Notes: generated from the letters alone by a model not told the origin. DNA of 64,000 nt from Bacteroidales bacterium (GCA_017650305.1 JAGCFD010000035.1:92205-156204), one strand, 5' to 3'; counted from the stretch's first letter, positions 26,741 to 35,715 are shown. Made by a program: numbers and translations.

Positions 26741-29528
26741 GAGTTGTGCTTCCCGACAGGTTCCCTGCCTGGTCCTTGCACCTTACATTTATTTTGCAGC
26801 TTCTGCTTTGCTTGGGTATCTGCAGCCTCGGCAAAGTGTGATTTGTGGTGGTTGTATGCCAGATGTCCCGCAAGCAGATGTTTTGATCCAGTGTGACGTG
26901 CAAAATGTACTCATATTCGGCTATTCCAGATTCTTCATCCATGGCGTTGTCCCATTGACCATAAATAGGGATCCCATCAAGTCGTATGGAGTTGTCTCTC
27001 GTCACAAAAGCTATAAGCCCGGTTGGCGGTGCTGGTGGGGAATAGTCAATCTTTATGTAGCTTTCAGCCAAGGTGGAAAAATTCAGTGCGTCATCCATAA
27101 CGATGCTCCTGACGAGCGTGTTTGATGTTCCATGAGAGGCCTGAATGCGCATGAGAGAAGTGTCGGCGTCGCCTACGGTTATGTGCGCTGAGTCGCTCCT
27201 GCCACTATATGAGCGTAGATTGTCTATCATGATCGGTTGAGAGCAGCAGAAGCCAATGGTCGTGTTCAGGTTTCCGTTTTCCAGAGGACCTGTTTCACAC
27301 TCGGCCAGCAATGTTTGGCCTCTAAACAGTGATATTCGGTGGTGTGTTGTATCCCAAAGTACCTTGTAGGAATAGGGGGTGTTCTCGGAGATGCAGACCT
27401 GGCCCGAACTTGCCAACAGAGTGGATGACCCATCTGCAATTCGGTAAATCGATATGCGACTAAGGCTTCTTTCGAAGCGGATTTCATAGCCCTGCCTGCA
27501 AATCAGAGCATTGTCTTTTTGTGAGTGGAAATAGAAGGAACAGTTCTCACCGCCTGTCATGGCTAAATCAAATTCAAATAGATAACAATCGGATTCTTCG
27601 TCATGGTGTCGTGCGTAGATTCTGCACGGGTTGTTCTGATTTGCCTGACATGTCAGTCTTTGGTTCTCGATGAGCCAGTTTCCGTCATGCTGCCAAATGG
27701 CAGTGTCCAGCTCGCTCTCGAAATTATCGTAGAGAAAACCATGTTTGGGATTTCCGAGCCAATTGTTGTCATGGCGTTCCACAATCTGCCACAGGCGATG
27801 TCGTATTGACTGGTCGTCGTTGTCTTCAAACCGTAATGTGAAATCACCTGTCATCCATGTAGAGTCCGTGTGCAGTATGGTCGTGGTGGGTGGGGTTGTG
27901 TCTGTGATAATTGGATGGGTGCCAGAAATATGGCAGACCCAATGAGCTTCCCATCCTGATTTTTGGGTTGCGCAATCAGAGCGAAACTCCACCAACAAAG
28001 CGTCGCCAGAGGAGGTGATGTGCCCAGGAGATGAAGTGTTCCACCTTCCGAGTAGCGGGGCGGATAAGTTGTTGCCGTCGTAAATCCATAAAAAGTCATA
28101 GTTCGTCTCTAAGTCGAAATGCTCAAAGTCCAAGGATATGCTATCTGCATTATGATGCCGGATTAGAAAAAGTTGTCTCTCGTCCTGATCATAGGGTCCG
28201 CTGGAGCCTCCAGAATCGTAATAAATGCCTGAGATAGAAGTGTCGATAGTGATGTTTGTCTCTGTGTTGAGCAGGTGATAATAGTGATTCCAATTCCAAT
28301 ATGGTCCAGGGTCAGTGTGTGATTGGTTCGGGTAGTGCTGATGCCCGCGAATTTGAGTGCAGGCAGTGGCTCCTCCAAGATTGTGAAGGCCGTTGTTTAG
28401 AGCGGTCCCATCGTCGAGTGTGTCACGGTAAAACGTGCGGTGCGGGTTGATGTTTGAATGCCTCTGGCAGATGTCCCGGACTAAGTTCGCGGATGATTGG
28501 TACATGTTCTCTGTAAAATAACTGGCGATGTTTCCGTATGCTTCGTGTTCCACTCCGATAGTGTAACTGTTGGCCGTCCCGACATGCCAAGCCTTGTCGC
28601 ACTCGCGGACCATTTGCGTCACTTGCCCGTCTGAAGAGCGGATGATGTAATGAGCGGACGCATTTGCACTGCAGTTCTGAAACCAGGCCAAAGTGCCAGA
28701 ATAGGTTCCTTGCGTGTAATGAATAGTTACCCCAGTGATTGTTGTTCCGTTTCTACCTTGTGTGTAGTTGCACGAGGCTGCTGCCAACCAGATGGCTCCA
28801 TCATAGTCGGGTGATGTCGCGATTCCCTGCTCGTCGCTTGGAAACCTAAGAGTCTTTCCTTCCAATTTGTACAATTCTTCTCCAAATACTTTCTCGAAAT
28901 CCACTTCCCAGCAATGCTTTGTGAAGACCGACATGCTGCTATCAGACAAGAATCTGTAGATCTCATATAAAGAGCTGCTAATAGGATAGTTGTCTGACCA
29001 CGATTTCGGATTAGGAGCGTAGGGCAATTCTGAGAGCTCTATAAAAATCTCTTTGTAATCTTCTATGTTGTCTGAGAAACACCGGTGCATTTGTTGCAAT
29101 GCCGCAAAGGCTTCTGCATAGGCAAAAATGGCATTTCGAGGACTCTCAAGAATCTCTTCTTTGGAGAAGGACGACAAAGTTTCAACATACTGTAGGTTTT
29201 CTCGGAAAACGCCTTTCCCGTCTGCGGTCAACCCCATTACGGTGTATGTTCTGGGTATGGTATGCTCATCGCTATCTTCAAATAAGATCTCTTTTGATGA
29301 GAATCTTCGGTACTGATACGAAATGGCTTCCAAAGTTCCTCTTGGCACCGTTGGATACTCTTTATAAGCATCTTCAAAATCATTTGAGATTTTGTTGAAA
29401 TCTTCTTGTAAATATGCGATGAGATCCTTTCCTTCCAGAGATTGTTGCGCAGTCGCAGCCACGCTAACGATAATACTTAATCCGATGAGAAGAGTCTTGA
29501 GTGATGTTTGAGTAAGTGAAGTTGTCAT
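26718..29528 (-). CDS. Large secreted N-acetylmuramoyl-L-alanine amidase (Amidase_2/PGRP type) fused to a CUB-like domain and further beta-rich modules
   Basis: 936 aa with a signal peptide. Amidase_2 block at aa ~262-415 (...[28 protein letters not shown]...IGVEHE...[19 protein letters not shown]...). CUB-like domain at aa ~432-531. The C-terminal half resembles a LamG/concanavalin-type jelly-roll plus an Ig/FN3-like end (low confidence). No T9SS CTD was seen. Confidence 0.8.
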   Translation of the reverse strand: MTTSLTQTSLKTLLIGLSIIVSVAATAQQSLEGKDLIAYLQEDFNKISNDFEDAYKEYPTVPRGTLEAISYQYRRFSSKEILFEDSDEHTIPRTYTVMGLTADGKGVFRENLQYVETLSSFSKEEILESPRNAIFAYAEAFAALQQMHRCFSDNIEDYKEIFIELSELPYAPNPKSWSDNYPISSSLYEIYRFLSDSSMSVFTKHCWEVDFEKVFGEELYKLEGKTLRFPSDEQGIATSPDYDGAIWLAAASCNYTQGRNGTTITGVTIHYTQGTYSGTLAWFQNCSANASAHYIIRSSDGQVTQMVRECDKAWHVGTANSYTIGVEHEAYGNIASYFTENMYQSSANLVRDICQRHSNINPHRTFYRDTLDDGTALNNGLHNLGGATACTQIRGHQHYPNQSHTDPGPYWNWNHYYHLLNTETNITIDTSISGIYYDSGGSSGPYDQDERQLFLIRHHNADSISLDFEHFDLETNYDFLWIYDGNNLSAPLLGRWNTSSPGHITSSGDALLVEFRSDCATQKSGWEAHWVCHISGTHPIITDTTPPTTTILHTDSTWMTGDFTLRFEDNDDQSIRHRLWQIVERHDNNWLGNPKHGFLYDNFESELDTAIWQHDGNWLIENQRLTCQANQNNPCRIYARHHDEESDCYLFEFDLAMTGGENCSFYFHSQKDNALICRQGYEIRFERSLSRISIYRIADGSSTLLASSGQVCISENTPYSYKVLWDTTHHRISLFRGQTLLAECETGPLENGNLNTTIGFCCSQPIMIDNLRSYSGRSDSAHITVGDADTSLMRIQASHGTSNTLVRSIVMDDALNFSTLAESYIKIDYSPPAPPTGLIAFVTRDNSIRLDGIPIYGQWDNAMDEESGIAEYEYILHVTLDQNICLRDIWHTTTTNHTLPRLQIPKQSRSCKINVRCKDQAGNLSGSTTLNIPLRQ

Positions 29529-29550
29529 AGTATTTTGTTTTTGTCAGCTG

Positions 29551-29558
29551 CAAATATA
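29551..29558 (-). promoter_or_regulatory. -7 promoter box (TATATTTG) for the amidase gene
   Basis: Reverse strand reads TATATTTG, 23 nt upstream of the ATG at 29528. Confidence 0.45.
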
Positions 29559-29758
29559 CTATAAGAAAACCACTTTGTCAACAGAAAAGTTATAATTTCA
29601 TTAATAAAAAATTATTTTATTGAAAATCAATATCTGTTATTGTCAATCTTTACTATTTATAGTTAATTTAAGGCATGTGTGAACATAAAATGGTTGTCAG
29701 GACTTTCCCGATGATGAATAATTCTGTATAAAGATGGGATGAAATATGATTTTTTTTG

Positions 29759-29766
29759 TAAGTTTG
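29759..29766 (+). promoter_or_regulatory. -7 promoter box (TAAGTTTG) for udk
   Basis: TAAGTTTG lies 22 nt upstream of the ATG at 29788. Confidence 0.45.
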
Positions 29767-29787
29767 CACTTCTAAAATTACTTCATC

Positions 29788-30408
29788 ATGTTAGTAGTAG
29801 GTATAGCGGGAGGTTCTGGATCGGGCAAGACCTCCATTGTGAATAAGATCAAAGAGAAATTCCCGAGAGATTGTGTCAGCGTTCTCTCGCAAGATGCTTA
29901 TTATAAGGATAATGGAAGCCTTACGCAGGCCGAAAAGGAGAATTTTAACTTTGATCACCCTTCGGCTATTGAGTTTTCCTTGCTCAACAATCACATTAAA
30001 GCCTTAAAGGCGGGGCATTCTATACAAATGCCCACTTATTCGTATGTGACTTGCGCTCGCGGAGAGGAAACTATTCCGGTGAAGCCAAGCAGCGTTTTGA
30101 TTGTGGAGGGAATACTGATCTTCACCAATCCTGCGTTGTGTGAGTTGCTGGATTTGAAGGTCTTTGTGGATACGGATGCTGATGAGCGTTTGATCCGTAT
30201 TATTCAACGTGATGTGCAGCAAAGAGGTCGTGGGTTGGATAAATCAATCCGCCATTACAAGAATTTTGTAAAACCGATGCATGAGCTTTTTATTGAGCCT
30301 ACAAAACGACAGGCAGACATCATTATCCCTGTCGGCGGCGAGAATGAAAAGGGCATAGATATTCTCACGACAAAAATTCAGCACGTCATAGAAAAGAGTG
30401 CGCGCTAA
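29788..30408 (+). CDS. udk: Uridine kinase
   Basis: 206 aa. MLVVGIAGGSGSGKTS... P-loop, ...NFDHPSA..., ...VEGIL.... Confidence 0.95.
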   Translation: MLVVGIAGGSGSGKTSIVNKIKEKFPRDCVSVLSQDAYYKDNGSLTQAEKENFNFDHPSAIEFSLLNNHIKALKAGHSIQMPTYSYVTCARGEETIPVKPSSVLIVEGILIFTNPALCELLDLKVFVDTDADERLIRIIQRDVQQRGRGLDKSIRHYKNFVKPMHELFIEPTKRQADIIIPVGGENEKGIDILTTKIQHVIEKSAR

Positions 30409-31680
30409 TCAGGTTTTTTGTTCCTGCTTTTTGGCGGCGGGGAAAAGCACATTGTTGAGTATCAGTCGATAACCTGCAGAGTTCGGGAATAAATCCAGAT
30501 TTGTAGGAGGGTCGTTGATGAGGTGCTGGTAATCTTCTGGGTCGTGCCCGGAGTAGAAGGTCCAGGTGCCTTGTCCGAATTCTCCGTGGATGTATCGTGC
30601 TTCGTTAAATATCTGGGTTTCACCCATGATAGTCACAGTGGGTTTTATCAAATCTTTACGGAAGGCTGTTGTCTGGCCCATGAAACCCGGGATGACGTTC
30701 ATGTGATTTTGGCACAGCATGGTCGGAACCGGATCCCATTTGGCTGAGAACTCAAAGAGGGTGAAGTAGTCGTTGGATTTGTTTGTCAGATGGGTCGTGG
30801 GGTCCACATCGATGTCGGAGACCTCATATTCGTATGGGTTGACGACTATATGGAAGTCGGTGAAGGCAAAGCAGTTGTCGTAGTTGAGTTTGTCTTGAGC
30901 CTGAGGGTCCATCGGGTCGCCATCGAACATGACGTCACAGATGTCCACACCTTCGGCGGCGAGGGCGATGTCATAGCTGTCGGGTCCCGAGCACATAGCG
31001 AAGAGGTAGCCGCCGCCCGCCACGAAATCGCGGATTCCTTTGGCTACTGCCAGTTTCATTTGCGATACTTTGGCAAAGCCCAATTGAGCTGCCCGACTCT
31101 CATTTTCTGCCACATCTTCTATGTACCATTGGGCATTGCGATAATGCGCCCAGAATTTCCCATATTGTCCTGTAAAGTCCTCGTGATGAAGGTGAAGCCA
31201 ATCATATTTGGGCAACTCTCCATGGATGACCTCTTCATCATAGATGACAGTGTAGGGAATTTCTGCGTAGGTCAGTACTAAGGTCACGGCATCATCCCAA
31301 GGAAGTTTATTCTTTGGCGAATAGACCGCTATTTTAGGTTCCTTGGTCAGTCGAATTTCATTCATGTTATTTTCCACAGCGGCAATTTCGTTCAGAATCT
31401 GTTGGGCGGCAAGGTCGGCGATTACCTGATAAGAGACACCGCGTACCACACACTCGTTTTCCACGTCACTGTTATAGGAGCACATGAAGCTCCCTCCCCG
31501 GTAGTTTAACAGCCAGCTCATATCAATTTGATGAGCCACTGCATAGTATGCGATGCCGTATGCCTTCAGGTGATTGCTTTGCTCCATGTCCATGGGGATG
31601 AAGAGGTATGAGGCCTGTGCGCAAAAGAGGCTTTGTATCAAGATAATGACTAAAACTATATTCTTTTTGAAGTTCATCAT
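30409..31680 (-). CDS. Secreted hypothetical protein, gene 4 of a four-gene envelope operon (possible class-I glutamine-amidotransferase/ThuA-like fold)
   Basis: 423 aa with an ATG start and signal peptide MMNFKKNIVLVIILIQSLFCAQA. ...FVAGGGYLFAMCSGPDSYDIA... resembles a nucleophile-elbow motif. I cannot assign a family with confidence. Confidence 0.6.
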   Translation of the reverse strand: MMNFKKNIVLVIILIQSLFCAQASYLFIPMDMEQSNHLKAYGIAYYAVAHQIDMSWLLNYRGGSFMCSYNSDVENECVVRGVSYQVIADLAAQQILNEIAAVENNMNEIRLTKEPKIAVYSPKNKLPWDDAVTLVLTYAEIPYTVIYDEEVIHGELPKYDWLHLHHEDFTGQYGKFWAHYRNAQWYIEDVAENESRAAQLGFAKVSQMKLAVAKGIRDFVAGGGYLFAMCSGPDSYDIALAAEGVDICDVMFDGDPMDPQAQDKLNYDNCFAFTDFHIVVNPYEYEVSDIDVDPTTHLTNKSNDYFTLFEFSAKWDPVPTMLCQNHMNVIPGFMGQTTAFRKDLIKPTVTIMGETQIFNEARYIHGEFGQGTWTFYSGHDPEDYQHLINDPPTNLDLFPNSAGYRLILNNVLFPAAKKQEQKT

Positions 31681-31682
31681 TT

Positions 31683-32474
31683 TTATCTTCTGATTGAAAG
31701 TTTGTCAATTGATCCGTGTGAATCCAATAAATACCAATTACTCAAAGCTTTGGAGAAGGCGACGAGGCCATTGTGCCCGAAAATCATATTGGGAGACCAA
31801 AGTGTATTCAAGTTGTTGCTATAGATATTGTGATCTTTTAAAAAGTAAAGTATGTTGTTTTGAAGTTGCAGATATTGAATGCCTTGGACAGGAATCCATT
31901 TCTTAAAAGAGGCGAAGCGATCGTAAAGGGCGATGCCGGCAGCCGAATCCGACAGGAGCAGCTGCTCAAAGTTGTGATCAGCCACGATATGTTGAGGTTG
32001 GAACTCTGTGTCGAATTGGCAGTTTGTGGAAGTAGCCTTATTTAGATCCAGATCGATTAAAATAAGCTGCTGATTGGTTTTGTCGTAACAAGCTATTCTG
32101 TTGATGCCGAACATGCAGACCATGACAGGGTTCATAATTCCCAGTTCGAATAACTTAATTGGGTTTCCGATGGGGGCTAATTTATTGTTCAGCAGTAGGA
32201 TGCTGTTGGAATCTTCGTAATAGACCATGATTTTGGTCGGGATCGAGGCATCCACTTTGGAGATATATCCCATAGATGGATTGCTATAGTGATAGAGTAG
32301 ATTCCCTTCAGATGAGTATTTGTCAAGCCGGTCGCTTGTCCAACCGTAGATGTTCTCTTGAATGTCGGTAGTGAACAGGTCGTATTTCTGCGAAATAAAA
32401 GAAGGTCGCCCTTGTGCTAGCGAGCCAAGAGCGACTATGGTAAAAGTTAATACGCAGAGGATACAGCGCCGCAT
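31683..32474 (-). CDS. Secreted hypothetical protein, gene 3 of the operon (repetitive beta-strand pattern, possible small beta-propeller)
   Basis: 263 aa with signal peptide MRRCILCVLTFTIVALGSLAQG. The start lies 4 nt after the barrel gene stop. The stop lies 2 nt before the next start. Confidence 0.6.
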   Translation of the reverse strand: MRRCILCVLTFTIVALGSLAQGRPSFISQKYDLFTTDIQENIYGWTSDRLDKYSSEGNLLYHYSNPSMGYISKVDASIPTKIMVYYEDSNSILLLNNKLAPIGNPIKLFELGIMNPVMVCMFGINRIACYDKTNQQLILIDLDLNKATSTNCQFDTEFQPQHIVADHNFEQLLLSDSAAGIALYDRFASFKKWIPVQGIQYLQLQNNILYFLKDHNIYSNNLNTLWSPNMIFGHNGLVAFSKALSNWYLLDSHGSIDKLSIRR

Positions 32475-32478
32475 CGGA

Positions 32479-33918
32479 TTAGAATTTGAAGCCGATAGTG
32501 GCGAGGATTCTGTGATAGGTGCTATTCACGCGGGCGGGATCCACATAATAGGCATTGTAGAGCCAGATGTCATCCTTCGAAATGCCTAAGACATAAGCCA
32601 TGTCGAAGAAGATTCTTTTGGCGCGGATGCCAAAGCCGGCGGATGCATAGTGTGTGCTGCCAATCTTTTTGTCGTCGGCAAGTTTGTAGGGAGACATTTT
32701 ATAGTTGTAGCCGGCGCGAAGATAAAGCATTTGAGTCAGGGAAACTTCACCGCCGATACGGAAGGAATGTCCTATGCCATATTTAGAAACAATATTGTCA
32801 TTTTCTGTGGCAAAGCTGTAATCATCAGCAGAAAGTTTTGCCAGAGAGTAGTCGGTGAGCTCGTATTCTGCGGAGACGAAAGCTCTTTTGTTGATGATGA
32901 AGGCGGCACTGAAGTTGGCTTTTAGCGGAGTGGTCAATGCGAAGTGGTAGAGGTTGCTGTACTCTGAGAACTTGTTGACGTTGTTGATTGAGTCAGAGGA
33001 GAATGAACGATAGTAAGAGTCTTTGATTTTCCAGAAGAAGGAAGGAGTTTGGAAGCTAATGCCAAAGCGGAAAAAATCAACGGGTTGATAGATCAAACCT
33101 AATCTGAAGTTGATACCGGCTCCGGTGTTGTGTTGTTTGGTTACCACTGTATAATCGGTGAAGCCTGCCGCAGCCTCTCCGCTTGCGAGAGACTCGTTCA
33201 GTATAGTGTTTTGGGTGATATCCAACACGGGAATGCCAATGCCGGCACCGATGAAGAGTTGGTCGTTGTAGTTGCCACCGAAGTTGATGTCGATTTCGTC
33301 AAGAGAACCGGAGGTCTTCAAAGAGGCGTTTTGTGCCACGTCTTGATCATGGAAGCGCCCCCAATATCTACCGGTGTTGCCAGGAACATCGTCCAAGATC
33401 CAGGTGTCATAGGCCAGCTGGGCGTCCAGTCCAAGCGAAGCCGAGTTGTTGGCGGCATCCAGTAATGGGTCGGAGAAAGACGACGGGGCAATGCCTTCCA
33501 CACCAAAGGAGTTGTTGAAATCTTTCAGTCTGTTATAGCCGAATCCGAAGTGCCAGAACCGCCAGTTGCTATTCTCCCGGTTGATTTTGGAACTGAGAAC
33601 CAGACCCACCTGGGGAACGGCATATTTCATCTTCTTGCTGCTGCGGTTGTTGCCGTAGTAGGTGACATCATTTTGTAAAATGGAAAGAGACATGGGGGTA
33701 AATGAAACCTCGGATTTTTTGTAGAGGCCAATGGCTGCGGGGTTGTTTGTCAGGGCAGAGAAGTCTCCGCCGACAGCACCGAAGGCGCGACCGGCTCCCA
33801 TGTAGCGGGCGGTGCCGACATAGTCATTCTGTGAAAAAAGAAAGGCTTCATAATCATTTTGGCCCATCATGGCGCTAAAAAAGCAAAGACTCAAGGCGAA
33901 AACAAGAATTCTTTTCAT
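32479..33918 (-). CDS. Outer-membrane beta-barrel protein of the FadL/PorV-like type, gene 2 of the operon
   Basis: 479 aa with a signal peptide. The N-terminal ...GTARYMGAGRAFGAVGGDFSALTNNPAAIGLY... resembles the plug/hatch motif of FadL-, PorV- and PorQ-like barrels. It has an alternating amphipathic strand pattern and the C-terminal beta-signal ...ILATIGFKF. Confidence 0.7.
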   Translation of the reverse strand: MKRILVFALSLCFFSAMMGQNDYEAFLFSQNDYVGTARYMGAGRAFGAVGGDFSALTNNPAAIGLYKKSEVSFTPMSLSILQNDVTYYGNNRSSKKMKYAVPQVGLVLSSKINRENSNWRFWHFGFGYNRLKDFNNSFGVEGIAPSSFSDPLLDAANNSASLGLDAQLAYDTWILDDVPGNTGRYWGRFHDQDVAQNASLKTSGSLDEIDINFGGNYNDQLFIGAGIGIPVLDITQNTILNESLASGEAAAGFTDYTVVTKQHNTGAGINFRLGLIYQPVDFFRFGISFQTPSFFWKIKDSYYRSFSSDSINNVNKFSEYSNLYHFALTTPLKANFSAAFIINKRAFVSAEYELTDYSLAKLSADDYSFATENDNIVSKYGIGHSFRIGGEVSLTQMLYLRAGYNYKMSPYKLADDKKIGSTHYASAGFGIRAKRIFFDMAYVLGISKDDIWLYNAYYVDPARVNSTYHRILATIGFKF

Positions 33919-33968
33919 TTTTTATGGTGTTAATTGTTTTTACTAATGTTACGATTCATGTATTGGTT

Positions 33969-35651
33969 TTATCTGTGGCCGCCTCCACTGTGAGAGGAGG
34001 AACTGCTGCTGTGAGAAGAGCTGCTGTGAGAAGATCCGCTATAGCTGCTTCTTGAGCTTGAGGAGGATCCGCTGTAACTGCTTCTGGAGGAAGAACTGCT
34101 GGGTGAATAGCTGCTGCGAGAGCTGGAGGAAGAACTACTCGGCGTATAGCTATTGCGCGAGCTGGAAGAAGAACTGTTATAGCTGCCTCTTGAGGATGAC
34201 GAGCTGCTTGGCGTATAGCTGCTGCGAGAGCTCGAGGAAGAATTGTTGTAACTATTTCTTGAAGATGACGAGCTGCCAGACGAGTAGTTGCTGTTGGAGT
34301 TGGATGAGCTGCTTGGAGCGTAACCGCTTCTGTAGTTGGAAGATGAACTGCTATTGCTGGTCGGCGTTGGTCTGGATGTTGAAGTTCTGGTACTTCCATC
34401 AGACGATCTGATAATAGTAGTCGTTGCCGGTCTGCTGGTGCTCGTGGAAGCTGGTCTGCTTGTAGATTGCGGGGCAGGTGTTGAGGTTCTGGACGGAGTG
34501 GTGGTAGTAGTGGGAGTGGTTGTCCTGGCCGGAGTGGTAGTTGTCGTGCTAGTTCTTGACGGGGTCGTTGATGTTGGAGTCGTTGTTCTGGACGTAGTAG
34601 AGGTAGTAGTGGTTGTTCTGGCCGGAGTGGTGGTAGTTGTGGTCGTCCTTGAAGGAGTGATCGCAGGAGTGCTGGTGGTACGTGCGGGAACAGAGGGGGT
34701 TACGTCTGTTCTGGCAGGGGTGGCGCTGTGAGTACTGGTGGTGCCAGCGTCAGTGCGTGTCGTTGCGGAAGATCCACTTGCACTGTATGATGCGGCCATC
34801 GTCTGATATTGTTGGTTGAACGAAGCTGGTGAACTAACCGTAGAGTAGTGGTTGTTGTTGTCGTTGTTGATATAGTTGGATGTTAGTAAGTTATGATCCA
34901 GATCCTTTTCGCGGTTGCGACCATTGCCTACGGACGGTCCGATGCTTTCGCGGTGACCATAGTGGAAGGTGTTGTTCTGATCGTGGTTGTTGTGATACCA
35001 GTTGCTTGCCCAGTGGCCTCCCGAATGGTTCCAGTAGTCGTAGGGTCCGAAGTGGCCATGATGATGGTGCCACGGGTGGAAATGATGGTAGTGGAATGGG
35101 TCATAGTAGCCCCAGCCCCAGCCATAATTGAAGCCCCAGTAGTTGTAGCCATAGTAGTATGGACGCACATAATAGCTTGGCCACCACCAATTGTAGCCTA
35201 AATAGATGCTGTATCCCCAGTTGTAAGGGTTGTAATCATACCAATAAGTGTTGGTAAACCAAGGGTCGTAATACCCCCACCCACAGTACAGGTTTGTATG
35301 GAATCTGCGGAGACGTGAGGTGTAATAATAGTCGTAATAATCATCGTCAGAATAAGAACTGGTGAAATTATAATTTTTGGTTTCCGCAACGTAATTGGTG
35401 ATGACCGGCTCGCTTTGGCCCGGGTAGAAGGTCTGTGTTCTCAGCAAGTTCCCGTCTTCATCGTATTCGTAAACGATGGAGTCGGGCTGCAGCTCCGTGG
35501 TTTTTGCGGTGGTCTGAGACACGGTTGCAGCCTTGTATTGGGTGTCTCCTGAAGAGGAGTAGACATCATCGTAGAAGGCATAATTGCCTGTCATACAAGA
35601 TGAAAGGAGTAATGCCATAAAGGTTGCTGCGATAAGAAATTGTTTTTTCAT
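33969..35651 (-). CDS. Lipoprotein of extreme composition (Tyr/Trp/His block, Thr/Pro/Arg block, Ser-rich SSSSSRxSY repeats), gene 1 of the operon
   Basis: 560 aa with an ATG start. Signal MKKQFLIAATFMALLLSSC (Cys19 as the lipidation candidate). See findings for block coordinates. Confidence 0.75.
   Translation of the reverse strand: MKKQFLIAATFMALLLSSCMTGNYAFYDDVYSSSGDTQYKAATVSQTTAKTTELQPDSIVYEYDEDGNLLRTQTFYPGQSEPVITNYVAETKNYNFTSSYSDDDYYDYYYTSRLRRFHTNLYCGWGYYDPWFTNTYWYDYNPYNWGYSIYLGYNWWWPSYYVRPYYYGYNYWGFNYGWGWGYYDPFHYHHFHPWHHHHGHFGPYDYWNHSGGHWASNWYHNNHDQNNTFHYGHRESIGPSVGNGRNREKDLDHNLLTSNYINNDNNNHYSTVSSPASFNQQYQTMAASYSASGSSATTRTDAGTTSTHSATPARTDVTPSVPARTTSTPAITPSRTTTTTTTPARTTTTTSTTSRTTTPTSTTPSRTSTTTTTPARTTTPTTTTTPSRTSTPAPQSTSRPASTSTSRPATTTIIRSSDGSTRTSTSRPTPTSNSSSSSNYRSGYAPSSSSNSNSNYSSGSSSSSRNSYNNSSSSSRSSYTPSSSSSSRGSYNSSSSSSRNSYTPSSSSSSSRSSYSPSSSSSRSSYSGSSSSSRSSYSGSSHSSSSHSSSSSSHSGGGHR
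33972..34355 (-). repeat. Degenerate coding tandem repeat encoding about ten (S)5-7-R-(N/S/G)-S-Y units
   Basis: aa 433-560 read ...SSSSSRNSYNNSSSSSRSSYTPSSSSSSRGSYNSSSSSSRNSYTPSSSSSSSRSSYSPSSSSSRSSYSGSSSSSRSSYSGSSHSSSSHSSSSSSHSGGGHR. All six Ser codon types are mixed, so the DNA repeat is imperfect. Confidence 0.75.
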
Positions 35652-35679
35652 AAATACCTCCGTATATTTTGAAATTTAG

Positions 35680-35687
35680 TATTTTTG
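35680..35687 (+). promoter_or_regulatory. -7 promoter box (TATTTTTG), candidate proS promoter
   Basis: TATTTTTG lies 105 nt upstream of the proS ATG. Confidence 0.4.
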
Positions 35688-35707
35688 CAATCAGTCTAAA
35701 TAGACGG

Positions 35708-35715
35708 CAAAGATA
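35708..35715 (-). promoter_or_regulatory. -7 promoter box (TATCTTTG) for the four-gene envelope operon
   Basis: Reverse strand reads TATCTTTG, 57 nt upstream of the ATG at 35651. Confidence 0.4.

Noticed and set aside
33972-34769. Periodic DNA repeats that could be mistaken for a CRISPR or VNTR array.
   Set aside because: The units are 24-36 bp, degenerate, lack unique spacers and lie in frame within a long ORF. They are coding low-complexity repeats. No cas genes were seen.
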